This document shows, piece after piece, positions 45,482 through 54,349 of a DNA stretch of 64,000 bases; position 1 is the stretch's first letter; every line of letters begins with the position of its first letter. The notes beneath the pieces were generated by a model. The model made no database searches. It was given only the letters and a program-made list of their open reading frames with translations, and was not told the origin of the DNA. Location: positions 76,289 through 140,288 of IMG/VR virus record IMGVR_UViG_3300038393_000245; one strand, written 5' to 3'. The position numbers and the translations under genes were made by a program. This DNA is from a virus. Taxonomy: Duplodnaviria > Heunggongvirae > Uroviricota > Caudoviricetes.

Positions 45482-46638
45482 CCTAATACCGAGGTAGGGT
45501 TAATGGGAGGAATGTTTTGAGTATTGACGGTTGGAAGAGCTGGAGGATTCGGCTTCAAGTCGATAGAATTATCAAGAGATCCAAGATCCTTGGGAGCCGA
45601 ATTGAAGTCTCCATTCGATATCGTCGGAACGCTCCCATCCGCTAGAGTGTCTCCATCTCCACCTCTCCAAATTTCGATTTCTAGGAAATTGATGTTCAGA
45701 GTAGCTCTAATAGGAGCCTCAGTCTTTCCAAAGAATCCAACCATTCCGTGTGGAGTATAATCGATATTTACATCAACCATAACGCACGGCTTAAAGGTGT
45801 AGAGATTCTGAGACAAACTATCAGGGTTGAATTTAATCCAAACAATATTCGGATACTTAAAGAATCCTCCTGCTGCCATAGAAAGGAGTTCAGGATGAGC
45901 AGCTTTCTTGAACGTATATACTATCTTTTTTAGAGCGTCACTCTCAGATTTAGACTTAGGCGCCAGCATCCAAGAAAACTGATGTTGCTTAAAATTAGGT
46001 CCCTCGAATGCAATAGTGTTAAATGGATTATCAGCCAACCCACCTATCTGTAAGCCAGCAGACACTAGAGTTTGTTGGTTTCCTTTATTGCTGGAGAGTA
46101 TAGATTCTCCAACATTAGCTAAATCGACTACTTCGTGTATTCCAATTCCCATAGCGGCGTCTCCACTATGGTTTAGAATAGTTCCAGCAGAATCCTTCAA
46201 TGGGTCGATGCTTCCCTGCTTAAATGATTGTTTTAGAGCATTTCCTATCTCTCTAGAACTCTGAGTAAGAGCCTCAATGATAATAGATCCCTGTTGCTCG
46301 TTCCAAGTAAAGTGGTTATTGTCCTGAAGATTCTGAGGGATAGGAAGGCATACGTGAGCGGTGTCTCCATTAGACTGAAGACCTTGAAACTGATTTGGTC
46401 TTCTATATTCTTCGAATCTAAACGAAACGTAATATTTTGGTCTATCAATAGGAAAGCTAAGAATGCTTAGCTGCTCTGGTTTATCGATAGACTGAGTAGG
46501 ATCACTAGATGAGATTCGTGGTCTATCATTATTAGTGGGCCTATTATCCATAAGCCAATCGGTATACGCTTTTCCAGCGGACGCGAATCCATTTTGAACG
46601 GAACTAGCGATGTTAGATAGACTGTTAATGAAAGTCAC
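45478..46638 (-). CDS. baseplate/tail-tube junction protein (gp48/gp54-like), 386 aa
   Basis: Position upstream of gp53. GTG start. Consensus TATAAATA late promoter at 46668-46675. Confidence 0.4.
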   Translation of the reverse strand: MTFINSLSNIASSVQNGFASAGKAYTDWLMDNRPTNNDRPRISSSDPTQSIDKPEQLSILSFPIDRPKYYVSFRFEEYRRPNQFQGLQSNGDTAHVCLPIPQNLQDNNHFTWNEQQGSIIIEALTQSSREIGNALKQSFKQGSIDPLKDSAGTILNHSGDAAMGIGIHEVVDLANVGESILSSNKGNQQTLVSAGLQIGGLADNPFNTIAFEGPNFKQHQFSWMLAPKSKSESDALKKIVYTFKKAAHPELLSMAAGGFFKYPNIVWIKFNPDSLSQNLYTFKPCVMVDVNIDYTPHGMVGFFGKTEAPIRATLNINFLEIEIWRGGDGDTLADGSVPTISNGDFNSAPKDLGSLDNSIDLKPNPPALPTVNTQNIPPINPTSVLG

Positions 46639-46667
46639 TCTTTTGTCCTATAAGTAATAGAGCTCTT

Positions 46668-46675
46668 GTTATTTA
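46668..46675 (-). promoter_or_regulatory. T4-type late promoter TATAAATA
   Basis: Exact TATAAATA on the minus strand ~30 nt upstream of the gp48/54-like start. ATAAATA cores also at 4733-4742, 11150-11158, 38001-38010, 54343-54350, 56861-56867 and 34491-34500. Confidence 0.6.
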
Positions 46676-46689
46676 TAGGTGCTTTCTAA

Positions 46690-47139
46690 ATGGCGTATAA
46701 AGGCAAATTCAGATGCCTGAACCCTCAAAAATACAGTGGTGATCATACTAATATCATCTATCGATCTAGATGGGAATTCGTGTTCATGCGATTCCTAGAT
46801 CGGACTCCTGATGTCATTGAATGGAGTAGTGAGGAATTTTTCATTCCGTATAAGTGTAAAACGGATAAGAGGTGGCATCGATATTTTCCGGATTTTAAAG
46901 TCAAATGGAAGAAAGACGGAAAGACCATCGTCCAGGTCATCGAAATAAAACCAGACGGACAAGTAAGAAGACCAGAGATTCCTAAAAAGAACACTAAATC
47001 TTCTAAACAAAGATATCTGAATGAGTGTTTCACATACGCTAAGAATATATCTAAATGGGAGTATGCTCAGGAGTGGTGTAAGGATCGTGGATATGAATTC
47101 AAGATACTCACCGAAAAAGAGCTCGGGATTCCATTCTAA
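46690..47139 (+). CDS. head completion protein gp4-like (149 aa) with PD-(D/E)xK-like motif
   Basis: Divergent from gp53 as in T4 (4 | 53). T4 gp4 is 150 aa. PDF..VIEIKPDG motif. Confidence 0.45.
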   Translation: MAYKGKFRCLNPQKYSGDHTNIIYRSRWEFVFMRFLDRTPDVIEWSSEEFFIPYKCKTDKRWHRYFPDFKVKWKKDGKTIVQVIEIKPDGQVRRPEIPKKNTKSSKQRYLNECFTYAKNISKWEYAQEWCKDRGYEFKILTEKELGIPF

Positions 47140-47159
47140 AATAATGACTAAATAACTCT

Positions 47160-47801
47160 ATGGCAAGAATTACGGCGGGAGCCGACTTTACATTCCAAAA
47201 GATCGCACAAGGGAAGCCACCAGGTCTAAACCTCGCTGGCTCTCAGAGGAAAGCCGCGCGTGAATGGTTTAGGAAAAAAGCTCAAGAAGTCACCAACATT
47301 GACGCCGTAAGATTTATGAGTCGCGCCGATCAAAAGAGAAAAGTTCCATACATTGGAAAGAACGAGATCGGTGAGATGTTTATGTTTTGGTATGACGCTA
47401 AACTTAAGGACCAGCTTCCATATTGGGATCGTCTTCCTTTGATATTTCCAATTGAGATATACAAAGATGGTTTCTTAGGAATTAACCTTCACTATCTTCC
47501 TCACGAACTAAGAGCGAAGTTAATGGATGCTCTTTACTCCGCTGTAAATAACCAAAGGTTAGACTCTACAACTAGATTGTTGATCAGTTATAGAATCTTG
47601 AAACAAGCGTCTAAATATCGATATTTTAGACCATGCATCAAGAGATATCTATCAAATCACGTTCAATCAAGATTTATTCGCATAGAACCCACAGAGTGGG
47701 ACATGTGCCTGATGCTTCCAGCCGAGAGATTCGTGAAGGCTAGAAAACAAAGAGTATGGCAAGAATCAGTACAGAAGCTCAGAAACACGGGTAGTCTATA
47801 A
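47160..47801 (+). CDS. hypothetical virion protein (213 aa), possibly gp2-like
   Basis: Position only. Confidence 0.3.
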   Translation: MARITAGADFTFQKIAQGKPPGLNLAGSQRKAAREWFRKKAQEVTNIDAVRFMSRADQKRKVPYIGKNEIGEMFMFWYDAKLKDQLPYWDRLPLIFPIEIYKDGFLGINLHYLPHELRAKLMDALYSAVNNQRLDSTTRLLISYRILKQASKYRYFRPCIKRYLSNHVQSRFIRIEPTEWDMCLMLPAERFVKARKQRVWQESVQKLRNTGSL

Positions 47802-48490
47802 TGGCCGGATTTAACGTACAAGAGTTTAGATCAACGATAGATCGAAAAGGACTCATGAGGAGTAACAGATTCCTCGTGACTATACCTGCTCCTCGAATCC
47901 TTCAAGGTCAGCTTGGAAAGGACGAGAGAGATCTCCAGTTCTATTGTAAGGCAGTTCCTCTTCCTGGTATTGGTATCTTAACCGATGACGTTCATCGTTA
48001 TGGATATGGTCCTATTAACCGTACTCCATATGGTGTCGTGTATAACGACGCAATGTTCCAATTCTACGTCGACACTGAGAGAATGGTCAGAAGATGGTTT
48101 AGAATGTGGATTGTTTCTATTGTATACGCTGGGATTCCATTTGGGTTGAATACGCCGAATGATGTTACTGGATCGGTTCCTTATGAATTCGGATACAAAG
48201 AGGATTATGCTGTCGATATCAGAGTCACATCATTCGACTCAGAAGGGAATGAAAAAATATCAGTTGTCATAGCCGAGGCATTTCCTAACTACATTGGAGA
48301 GACGTATCAGGATTGGGATAATAAAAATTCGAACATGATTCTTCCGGTATCTATAACGTTTAGAGACTGGAATGAAGAACAGGTAACATCACTTCCGACT
48401 CCAGGGGTCGCGGCTCCAACGCCAACTCCAACATTAACGGTTCCAAAAACAATGGAACAAATTGCCAACTCTATTGGTGAGCGCGGATAA
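47801..48490 (+). CDS. tail-tube-fold protein (gp19/gp3-like), 229 aa
   Basis: FLVTIPAP..LQFYCKAVPLPGIGI parallels T4 gp19 FQVEISYLGQNFTFQCKATALPAGIV. Confidence 0.5.
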   Translation: MAGFNVQEFRSTIDRKGLMRSNRFLVTIPAPRILQGQLGKDERDLQFYCKAVPLPGIGILTDDVHRYGYGPINRTPYGVVYNDAMFQFYVDTERMVRRWFRMWIVSIVYAGIPFGLNTPNDVTGSVPYEFGYKEDYAVDIRVTSFDSEGNEKISVVIAEAFPNYIGETYQDWDNKNSNMILPVSITFRDWNEEQVTSLPTPGVAAPTPTPTLTVPKTMEQIANSIGERG

Positions 48491-48508
48491 CACTAAGGAA
48501 ATTATAGC

Positions 48509-49207
48509 ATGCTACCCAAGACCAAGCATCCATTATTTGAAACAATCCTTCCATCTACAAAAAAGAAGATCGTTTATCGTCAGATGTTAGTATCCGACGA
48601 GAAGATACTGCTAATGGCTAAGGCATCCGACGACGAGTCAGATATCTTTAGAGCCGTGAAACAAGTAGTGAACAACTGCATATTCGATGAATCCATTGAT
48701 AAGTTCACAACGTTCGATCTAGAATGGATGTTCTTACAGATTAGATCGAATTCTATAGGAGATACGATACAGCTATCATATCTAGAGGGAGAGGGAGAGG
48801 AACACACCTTTACGGTCAGTCTTGATGATATCGAAGTGAAGTATCCGGAGGGAGTGTCTAATCTAGTTCAGATTAATGACGACCAGTCACTGAAGTTGAG
48901 ATATCCTCCGGCATCTCTATTCGACGAGGCTCAAGCCATGTCTAAGGATGACGATTCTTATGAGTACATCGCTGCAAGATGTATAGAATCGATCTTTGAC
49001 GATAATGAGGTGTATCTAGCGGCCGATTCCACCGTCGAGGAACTAGTAGAATTCATTCATAATTTAGATACGAAGTCGTATCAAAAGGTTAAGGACTTCA
49101 TATCGTCTACTCCTCATCTATATTATCTAATTGAATACAAGAATAAGGGTGGAGAGGATCGTAAGATAGCTCTTACGACGCTAACTGATTTTTTTACGTT
49201 GCGATGA
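48509..49207 (+). CDS. hypothetical baseplate/hub assembly protein (232 aa)
   Basis: Position upstream of the gp29-like gene. Confidence 0.35.
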   Translation: MLPKTKHPLFETILPSTKKKIVYRQMLVSDEKILLMAKASDDESDIFRAVKQVVNNCIFDESIDKFTTFDLEWMFLQIRSNSIGDTIQLSYLEGEGEEHTFTVSLDDIEVKYPEGVSNLVQINDDQSLKLRYPPASLFDEAQAMSKDDDSYEYIAARCIESIFDDNEVYLAADSTVEELVEFIHNLDTKSYQKVKDFISSTPHLYYLIEYKNKGGEDRKIALTTLTDFFTLR

Positions 49208-49386
49208 GTTATTCCTCTCTTGAGGACTTCTATCAAATCAATCAAGCATTAGAACAGCACCATAAATATCAGACTAGTGAGATTGAAAACTGGATCGTCT
49301 ACGAGAGAGACATCAAGGTTGATATGATTACACAATACATGGAGCACTTGAAACAACAAGATGATGTAAACAAACTGGAGAAATAA
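49204..49386 (+). CDS. hypothetical small protein (60 aa)
   Basis: ATGA overlap. Confidence 0.4.
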   Translation: MSYSSLEDFYQINQALEQHHKYQTSEIENWIVYERDIKVDMITQYMEHLKQQDDVNKLEK

Positions 49387-49387
49387 A

Positions 49388-49672
49388 ATGGCCGACCCAA
49401 CATCAGATATCCCTGAATCAGATAATCCATCGGGATTAGATCCAAGAGACAAGAATGTTCTCTGGTCGAGTAGAAGAAAGATGGCGTGGGTCTCTCTATG
49501 GGGGATCATTATCCCTACGATGTTCATCATCTACTGGGTGCGAGATGTCAGCCTAATGGATAAAATGGCCGATTTAATGTCTTGGTATTACTTGGCTCTG
49601 GCTTCAATTGTTGGAGCGTATTCTGGATTTAAGAGTTGGGCGACTCTTAAGGGGAGAGGAAAGATCGATTAA
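49388..49672 (+). CDS. small membrane protein (94 aa)
   Basis: Two hydrophobic segments. Confidence 0.45.
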   Translation: MADPTSDIPESDNPSGLDPRDKNVLWSSRRKMAWVSLWGIIIPTMFIIYWVRDVSLMDKMADLMSWYYLALASIVGAYSGFKSWATLKGRGKID

Positions 49673-51435
49673 TGCTTCCTACTATTGTTGGACTTAATTC
49701 GATAAGATTGGCTAGATCTACTGCTAATGATTTTGGCGGTCCTGTTTTGGCGCGCGATGAGCGTGGAAGATTCGTGTCTCTTGCTCAAGCTGCAGCCAAC
49801 GATACGGTCGATATCTTTCAGAAGACTCTAGATCGAATCATGGCTAGGCACAATGGTCACGATAGACCAATTCCTAGAGCTGCTAATGAGCTCACGGCAT
49901 TTGAGAAGACCATGGATCGAATCATGCAGCGCCATAATGGTCATGATATCGATATGCCAGAAGCATCTAACGATATGAGATTTAGAATATTTCACGATCC
50001 AGCCGGTCCTTTAGCTCAAGAGGATAGAAATAAAGATAACCGAGATTGGGAGCCGTACGTTATTCCTCCAGAAAAGAAGATGAGGACACTAACTCTTCGA
50101 AATAGATTAGAAGACCTAGATGATGACGAAGTAGATGATCTTGAGAAGGGGAAAGCTAAGAGGACTAATATTCTTCTTCGAAAGATCGAAAAGAACACCG
50201 AGAAGTCTACTAAGCTCTTACAACAGATAGAGAAGCAGCTTATTAATGATGACGATGGAATGGGAGTCCATTCTCTGAGGGCTAAAGAAATGGCTCAAGA
50301 GGACTGGCAAGGAAATTATCCATCCGGCTCAAAAAGTAATTCTGGCATGGCTCCAGAGGGCAACCAGAATGGCACAAGTTCCTGGGATAAAAAGCTAGAA
50401 GCCCTTAATAGCCTTAAAGGGAATGTGATAGGGGCTCTGGCATTTCTTGGAATCGGAGGATTCGCAAAGCTTATCGGAAAAATTCTTGGAACTAATCCAG
50501 ACTCTCCAGGAGGAGGATATAAACCAGGTAGAACTCCAGATCAGAAGATTCGTGGAGACGCTCCGAAGCCTTCTCCTAGCGTTCCTGGACCAATTGCAAC
50601 TAGACCAAGTGTGATTCCTTCAAACCAGGTTCAAGGAAGGAATTCTAAAGGTCGAAAAGATGAATTGCAGATAATGGCGTTTAGTTCTTTTAAAAAACTC
50701 GGCTACACCGATGAAGCAGCAAAGACTCTAGTTTCGGAAATTGGAAGAGAAAATGGATTTAATGAAGACGAAACTGGAAAATTAGGAGACATCTTTGGAT
50801 ATCATGTTGATCCATACAACAAAGTAACAAATGTCGGGATGTTTTCATGGCAAGGATCTAGAGCCAAGAATTTAGAGAAAATTTTGAAAGAGAAAAAATT
50901 GCTTGTTAATGGAAAAATCAAGAGATCTCAAGAATCAATGGATGTCATGGCTGAATTTCTTGATGAGGAAATGAAACTCGATGATAAAATGAAAGATGCC
51001 AGAGCTGCTCTATTTGATTCAAATAAAACATATGATGATATACAAGACATAATAGGCAGGAAAGTTATAAAATGGAGGATCGATGACCCTCGCTACAGGG
51101 ATAAGGGTCTTAAAAATCAAGATCATTTTTTCAACTCTATTTCTTCACTTGTTAAAGGAAGAAATAAACCGACAGAAAAAGTCATTGGGGCTGAGTGGAA
51201 ATTAGATCCTAAAGAAGTCACCAAGCAGGCTCTAAAAGATTTGAAATCGAATCAGGGCAAGGCTCAAAAGATGGTGAATGGATCGATTGTTGTTAACGAG
51301 GGAAGCAAATCGGTGATCATAATGAATCCTCCGAAGTCTCCTCCATCAAACCAAAAGACTCCAGAAAAGAAAAGAGTCCCACCATCAAGGCAGGACTCTT
51401 GGTTTGATACCGTGAAGCACTATTTCGATTTTTGA
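49672..51435 (+). CDS. tail tube length determinator / baseplate hub gp29-like (587 aa)
   Basis: Size matches T4 gp29 (590 aa). Coiled-coil rich, Gly-rich hydrophobic segment mid-protein, internal repeat DRIMARHNGHD / DRIMQRHNGHD. Confidence 0.55.
   Translation: MLPTIVGLNSIRLARSTANDFGGPVLARDERGRFVSLAQAAANDTVDIFQKTLDRIMARHNGHDRPIPRAANELTAFEKTMDRIMQRHNGHDIDMPEASNDMRFRIFHDPAGPLAQEDRNKDNRDWEPYVIPPEKKMRTLTLRNRLEDLDDDEVDDLEKGKAKRTNILLRKIEKNTEKSTKLLQQIEKQLINDDDGMGVHSLRAKEMAQEDWQGNYPSGSKSNSGMAPEGNQNGTSSWDKKLEALNSLKGNVIGALAFLGIGGFAKLIGKILGTNPDSPGGGYKPGRTPDQKIRGDAPKPSPSVPGPIATRPSVIPSNQVQGRNSKGRKDELQIMAFSSFKKLGYTDEAAKTLVSEIGRENGFNEDETGKLGDIFGYHVDPYNKVTNVGMFSWQGSRAKNLEKILKEKKLLVNGKIKRSQESMDVMAEFLDEEMKLDDKMKDARAALFDSNKTYDDIQDIIGRKVIKWRIDDPRYRDKGLKNQDHFFNSISSLVKGRNKPTEKVIGAEWKLDPKEVTKQALKDLKSNQGKAQKMVNGSIVVNEGSKSVIIMNPPKSPPSNQKTPEKKRVPPSRQDSWFDTVKHYFDF
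49828..49947 (+). repeat. ~37-nt direct repeat inside the gp29-like gene
   Basis: ctagatcgaatcatggctaggcacaatggtcacgata and atggatcgaatcatgcagcgccataatggtcatgata. Confidence 0.6.
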
Positions 51436-52412
51436 TTCGAAGGGCAGCGTTCTAATTTACCATATATAACGCACCATCCAAAATCATGAAGTTTTTCTCC
51501 GTAATCTTGAAAGTCTTCACATGACTTTACTCTCTTGTTGGGATCTCTCTTGAGATCAAAACATCCCTTGGCCGACTTATTATATTCTGAGAACATCTCT
51601 TGAACGTCGGCTATAGTGGAACTCGTAACCCTATCATTCATTTCTTGATTCACACCTGAGCACGCCCAAGTTTGACCAATAGAGCACAATTTGTCGTACA
51701 TCTTAGGCGTACACGGCCCATCTCCTGAATTACACTTAGATAATTCATCATCGGACTTGAGTTCCTGAGGTGTGGGGCATGCTTCCAATTTAAGCAGCGA
51801 CCTGCACCATCCCATTCTTTGGAGCTGCATCTCAACTTTGTTGCTCTCATCACATACTGGAGCTCCACTGATTCCACCTCCCAAATCAGCACACTCATCA
51901 GACAGTTTCATTACTCTTCGGTACAACCTGTACACCAACTCATGGTTCCTAGCCACTACGCATGATTGAGAATCGCCGAATCGGCACAGTTGCTTGGTTA
52001 CCATGTACATTTGGTCTGCTGTTCGAGTGACTTGTTCACAATTCTCGTGATCCCGTTTTTGATCACACGCATTTTGAACAGCAACAAGAGTCTGGTTGAG
52101 TTCCTGAACTCCCTCGGGAGTTATCCCATCAGGATACTTAACTCTATCACACGAGACATATTTGTTTGGAGTCCAACACTCCTTGAACCGACTCTGCATT
52201 TCTACACTGTAATTGTCGGACTTATCGCAAACGTCCTGGTTTCCAGTCTTCTGACACTCTTTCAGAAGAGGATAGAACTTCGACTTGAGCTCCTTGAGAC
52301 TCAGCTTTGCCGGTTGAGCCGATGGAAGTTCAACGGTTGTCTGCGTCGTGTTCTGGTCTGGAGCTCTAGAACAGGCTCCAAGAATTAATGCGACTAAGAT
52401 AATGTACCTCAT
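51420..52412 (-). CDS. Cys-rich secreted lipoprotein (330 aa)
   Basis: Lipobox LILGAC. About 30 Cys in repeated C-x(6-9)-C modules. Promoter TTGACA-N17-TAATAC at 52432-52460. Confidence 0.6.
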   Translation of the reverse strand: MRYIILVALILGACSRAPDQNTTQTTVELPSAQPAKLSLKELKSKFYPLLKECQKTGNQDVCDKSDNYSVEMQSRFKECWTPNKYVSCDRVKYPDGITPEGVQELNQTLVAVQNACDQKRDHENCEQVTRTADQMYMVTKQLCRFGDSQSCVVARNHELVYRLYRRVMKLSDECADLGGGISGAPVCDESNKVEMQLQRMGWCRSLLKLEACPTPQELKSDDELSKCNSGDGPCTPKMYDKLCSIGQTWACSGVNQEMNDRVTSSTIADVQEMFSEYNKSAKGCFDLKRDPNKRVKSCEDFQDYGEKLHDFGWCVIYGKLERCPSNQKSK

Positions 52413-52515
52413 GACACTCCTCCATACACTAGTATTATTCTAGTAATAAGAAAATGTCAAGGCAAAAATAAAAGGGAGAGACCGAAATCTCTCCCTCCTA
52501 TCATGTTAGTGTGTA

Positions 52516-53442
52516 TTAATCCTCGCTAGCGAGTTTCTGGAAGAATGACAGAGTGTCGTCTCCATCATCATCCGAACCAAATACCTCTGATGAGGATTCG
52601 GACAGAGTAGGACCTGGTTCAAATGGAAGATCGTCGTCTTCCACGGTCCTTCGTGATGCGGCTGCCTGTTGACGAACAGATGCAGCATCGGAACCGAGAC
52701 CAAGAACCTGGTCGAGCTTTTTCTTCAGCTCGTCATAGCTCTTGTAATTCTCTGGAGATAGAATCGCCTGAAGAGAGTGGGTCTGTTTCCAAGTGTCTTC
52801 GATGAATTCATCGCCTCCCATGCTCGATGGATCGTCAAACTCAGACTTATCGTAGTTAGGATATCCCTCGACCATGCGAATCTTGAGCTTGAAATTCGCT
52901 CCTTCCCATGGATCGAATGGGTTCATCGGACTCTCGTCCTCGAACTCTGGATTCATCTTCTCATTAAGCTTGTTAAAGATCTTCTTTCCGTATTTAAACT
53001 TAAAGACCTTACCCTCGTTCTCTGGATTTGCAGCATCCTTGAGAACTAGAATATTAGAGACGAAGTGCTGACGACGCTTTTGCTTGCGAGCCTGCTTACG
53101 CTCTGGTGACTCATCGTCTCCAGATGCAGCCCACAGATTTCCATTGAATTGAGCGACAGGATCTTCCTGTCCGATAGATGTTAGTGAGTTCTCGATATAC
53201 CACTTACCAGTCGGACCCTGGAATCCATGATCCCAATATCGGACATACGGTGCGCTCTCTCCTGGAGGAGCTGGTAGAAATCGGATTACCGCGTAGCCAT
53301 TTCCGGCCTTATCGCGAGTTGGCTTCCAGTAGGTTTCGTCCTGAGTACGCTGGTTGCCTTTGGTGAGCTTCTCTAGATCAGAAGCTAGTTTTTCAAAGTT
53401 AGACTTAGAATTCTTTTTCAGGTCAGCAAAATTTGATGCCAT
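52516..53442 (-). CDS. single-stranded DNA-binding protein gp32
   Basis: DKAGNGYAVIRFLPAPPGESAPYVRYWDHGFQGPTGKWYIE matches T4 gp32 [40 protein letters not shown]. Acidic C-tail. Confidence 0.9.
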   Translation of the reverse strand: MASNFADLKKNSKSNFEKLASDLEKLTKGNQRTQDETYWKPTRDKAGNGYAVIRFLPAPPGESAPYVRYWDHGFQGPTGKWYIENSLTSIGQEDPVAQFNGNLWAASGDDESPERKQARKQKRRQHFVSNILVLKDAANPENEGKVFKFKYGKKIFNKLNEKMNPEFEDESPMNPFDPWEGANFKLKIRMVEGYPNYDKSEFDDPSSMGGDEFIEDTWKQTHSLQAILSPENYKSYDELKKKLDQVLGLGSDAASVRQQAAASRRTVEDDDLPFEPGPTLSESSSEVFGSDDDGDDTLSFFQKLASED

Positions 53443-53479
53443 TTATATTTCCTATATGCGTTGTATGTATTAGTATGTT

Positions 53480-53520
53480 GTTTATCACAGGCATCATAAT
53501 ATAGAGGACTAGAGAGGTTA
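53480..53520 (-). promoter_or_regulatory. gp32 leader hairpin plus AU-rich tract (candidate translational operator)
   Basis: CTAGAGAGG-n19-CCTCTCTAG perfect 9-bp stem on the mRNA, then ~65 nt of AU-rich unstructured sequence to the ATG. Confidence 0.45.
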
Positions 53521-53551
53521 CTTGCCAAGAAGCCAGCCTCTCTAGTGCATT

Positions 53552-53581
53552 ATTTATATCACATTACTATGAAAATGTCAA
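53552..53581 (-). promoter_or_regulatory. composite early/late promoter for gene 32 (TTGACA-N17-TATAAATA)
   Basis: ccTTGACAttttcatagtaatgtgaTATAAATAatg. The -10 doubles as the T4-type late motif. Confidence 0.6.
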
Positions 53582-53586
53582 GGTAA

Positions 53587-54156
53587 TTATGAGGAGTGAG
53601 CTAGCGCTAGAGCCTCACTAGCTGACATCTCATTTGACGAGTACGCCACCACCCACCAATCAGTTTGGCCAGGCTCGAATTGATCGGCCGCTGCCGGGTT
53701 ATCGATACCAAGCTTGATGCTGATACGGCGTGGTTGATTTGGTGCTTCAGTCTTTTCGTTATAGCTGAAATACTTGGTACTTGTTAGCTCGATCGTCTTA
53801 AGATCGGTGCCATACTCAGTACGCGAGTAACACTTCATTGGAGACCAGAACACTGCTTTATCGATGTTAGGACGAGTTTCCTGTCGAAGATATATCAAAT
53901 AGAGTTCACCATTAATCTCATGAGTCGTACCATTATGTTCGACGATTCTCTTAGGGATGGTGATCTCATTGCCGAAATGTAATTCTGCGGTTCCCGACGG
54001 AGAATAGCGAGTGAATACCACGTTCTCGTTCTCCGGGTGATAGTGAGCCATAAACTGGTTCTCACAGACGACATTCAGAGAGACTCGATGTCCCTTATCA
54101 TACTGGTTGTTGAAGGTCTTCTGTTCTTGAACAGACATTTTGCCGATTACTGACAT
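53587..54156 (-). CDS. hypothetical protein (189 aa)
   Basis: TATAAATA late motif at 54343-54350 and a 190-nt hairpin-rich leader. Confidence 0.5.
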   Translation of the reverse strand: MSVIGKMSVQEQKTFNNQYDKGHRVSLNVVCENQFMAHYHPENENVVFTRYSPSGTAELHFGNEITIPKRIVEHNGTTHEINGELYLIYLRQETRPNIDKAVFWSPMKCYSRTEYGTDLKTIELTSTKYFSYNEKTEAPNQPRRISIKLGIDNPAAADQFEPGQTDWWVVAYSSNEMSASEALALAHSS

Positions 54157-54349
54157 TATTGATTCCTTTGTTGATACGCGCTCTCATGGCTACGGGTGTA
54201 GCATTGCGCCTATGAGGCGCGTTGATTTAATGAGAAGCGCCCGTCGGAACCAAGATCTACAGATGACGGAATATCACATCGTCATAGGGTCATGGTCTGC
54301 CCGGTGAGCAGAGTCGTGATAGAAGAACTCCATCACGACTCTATTTATA

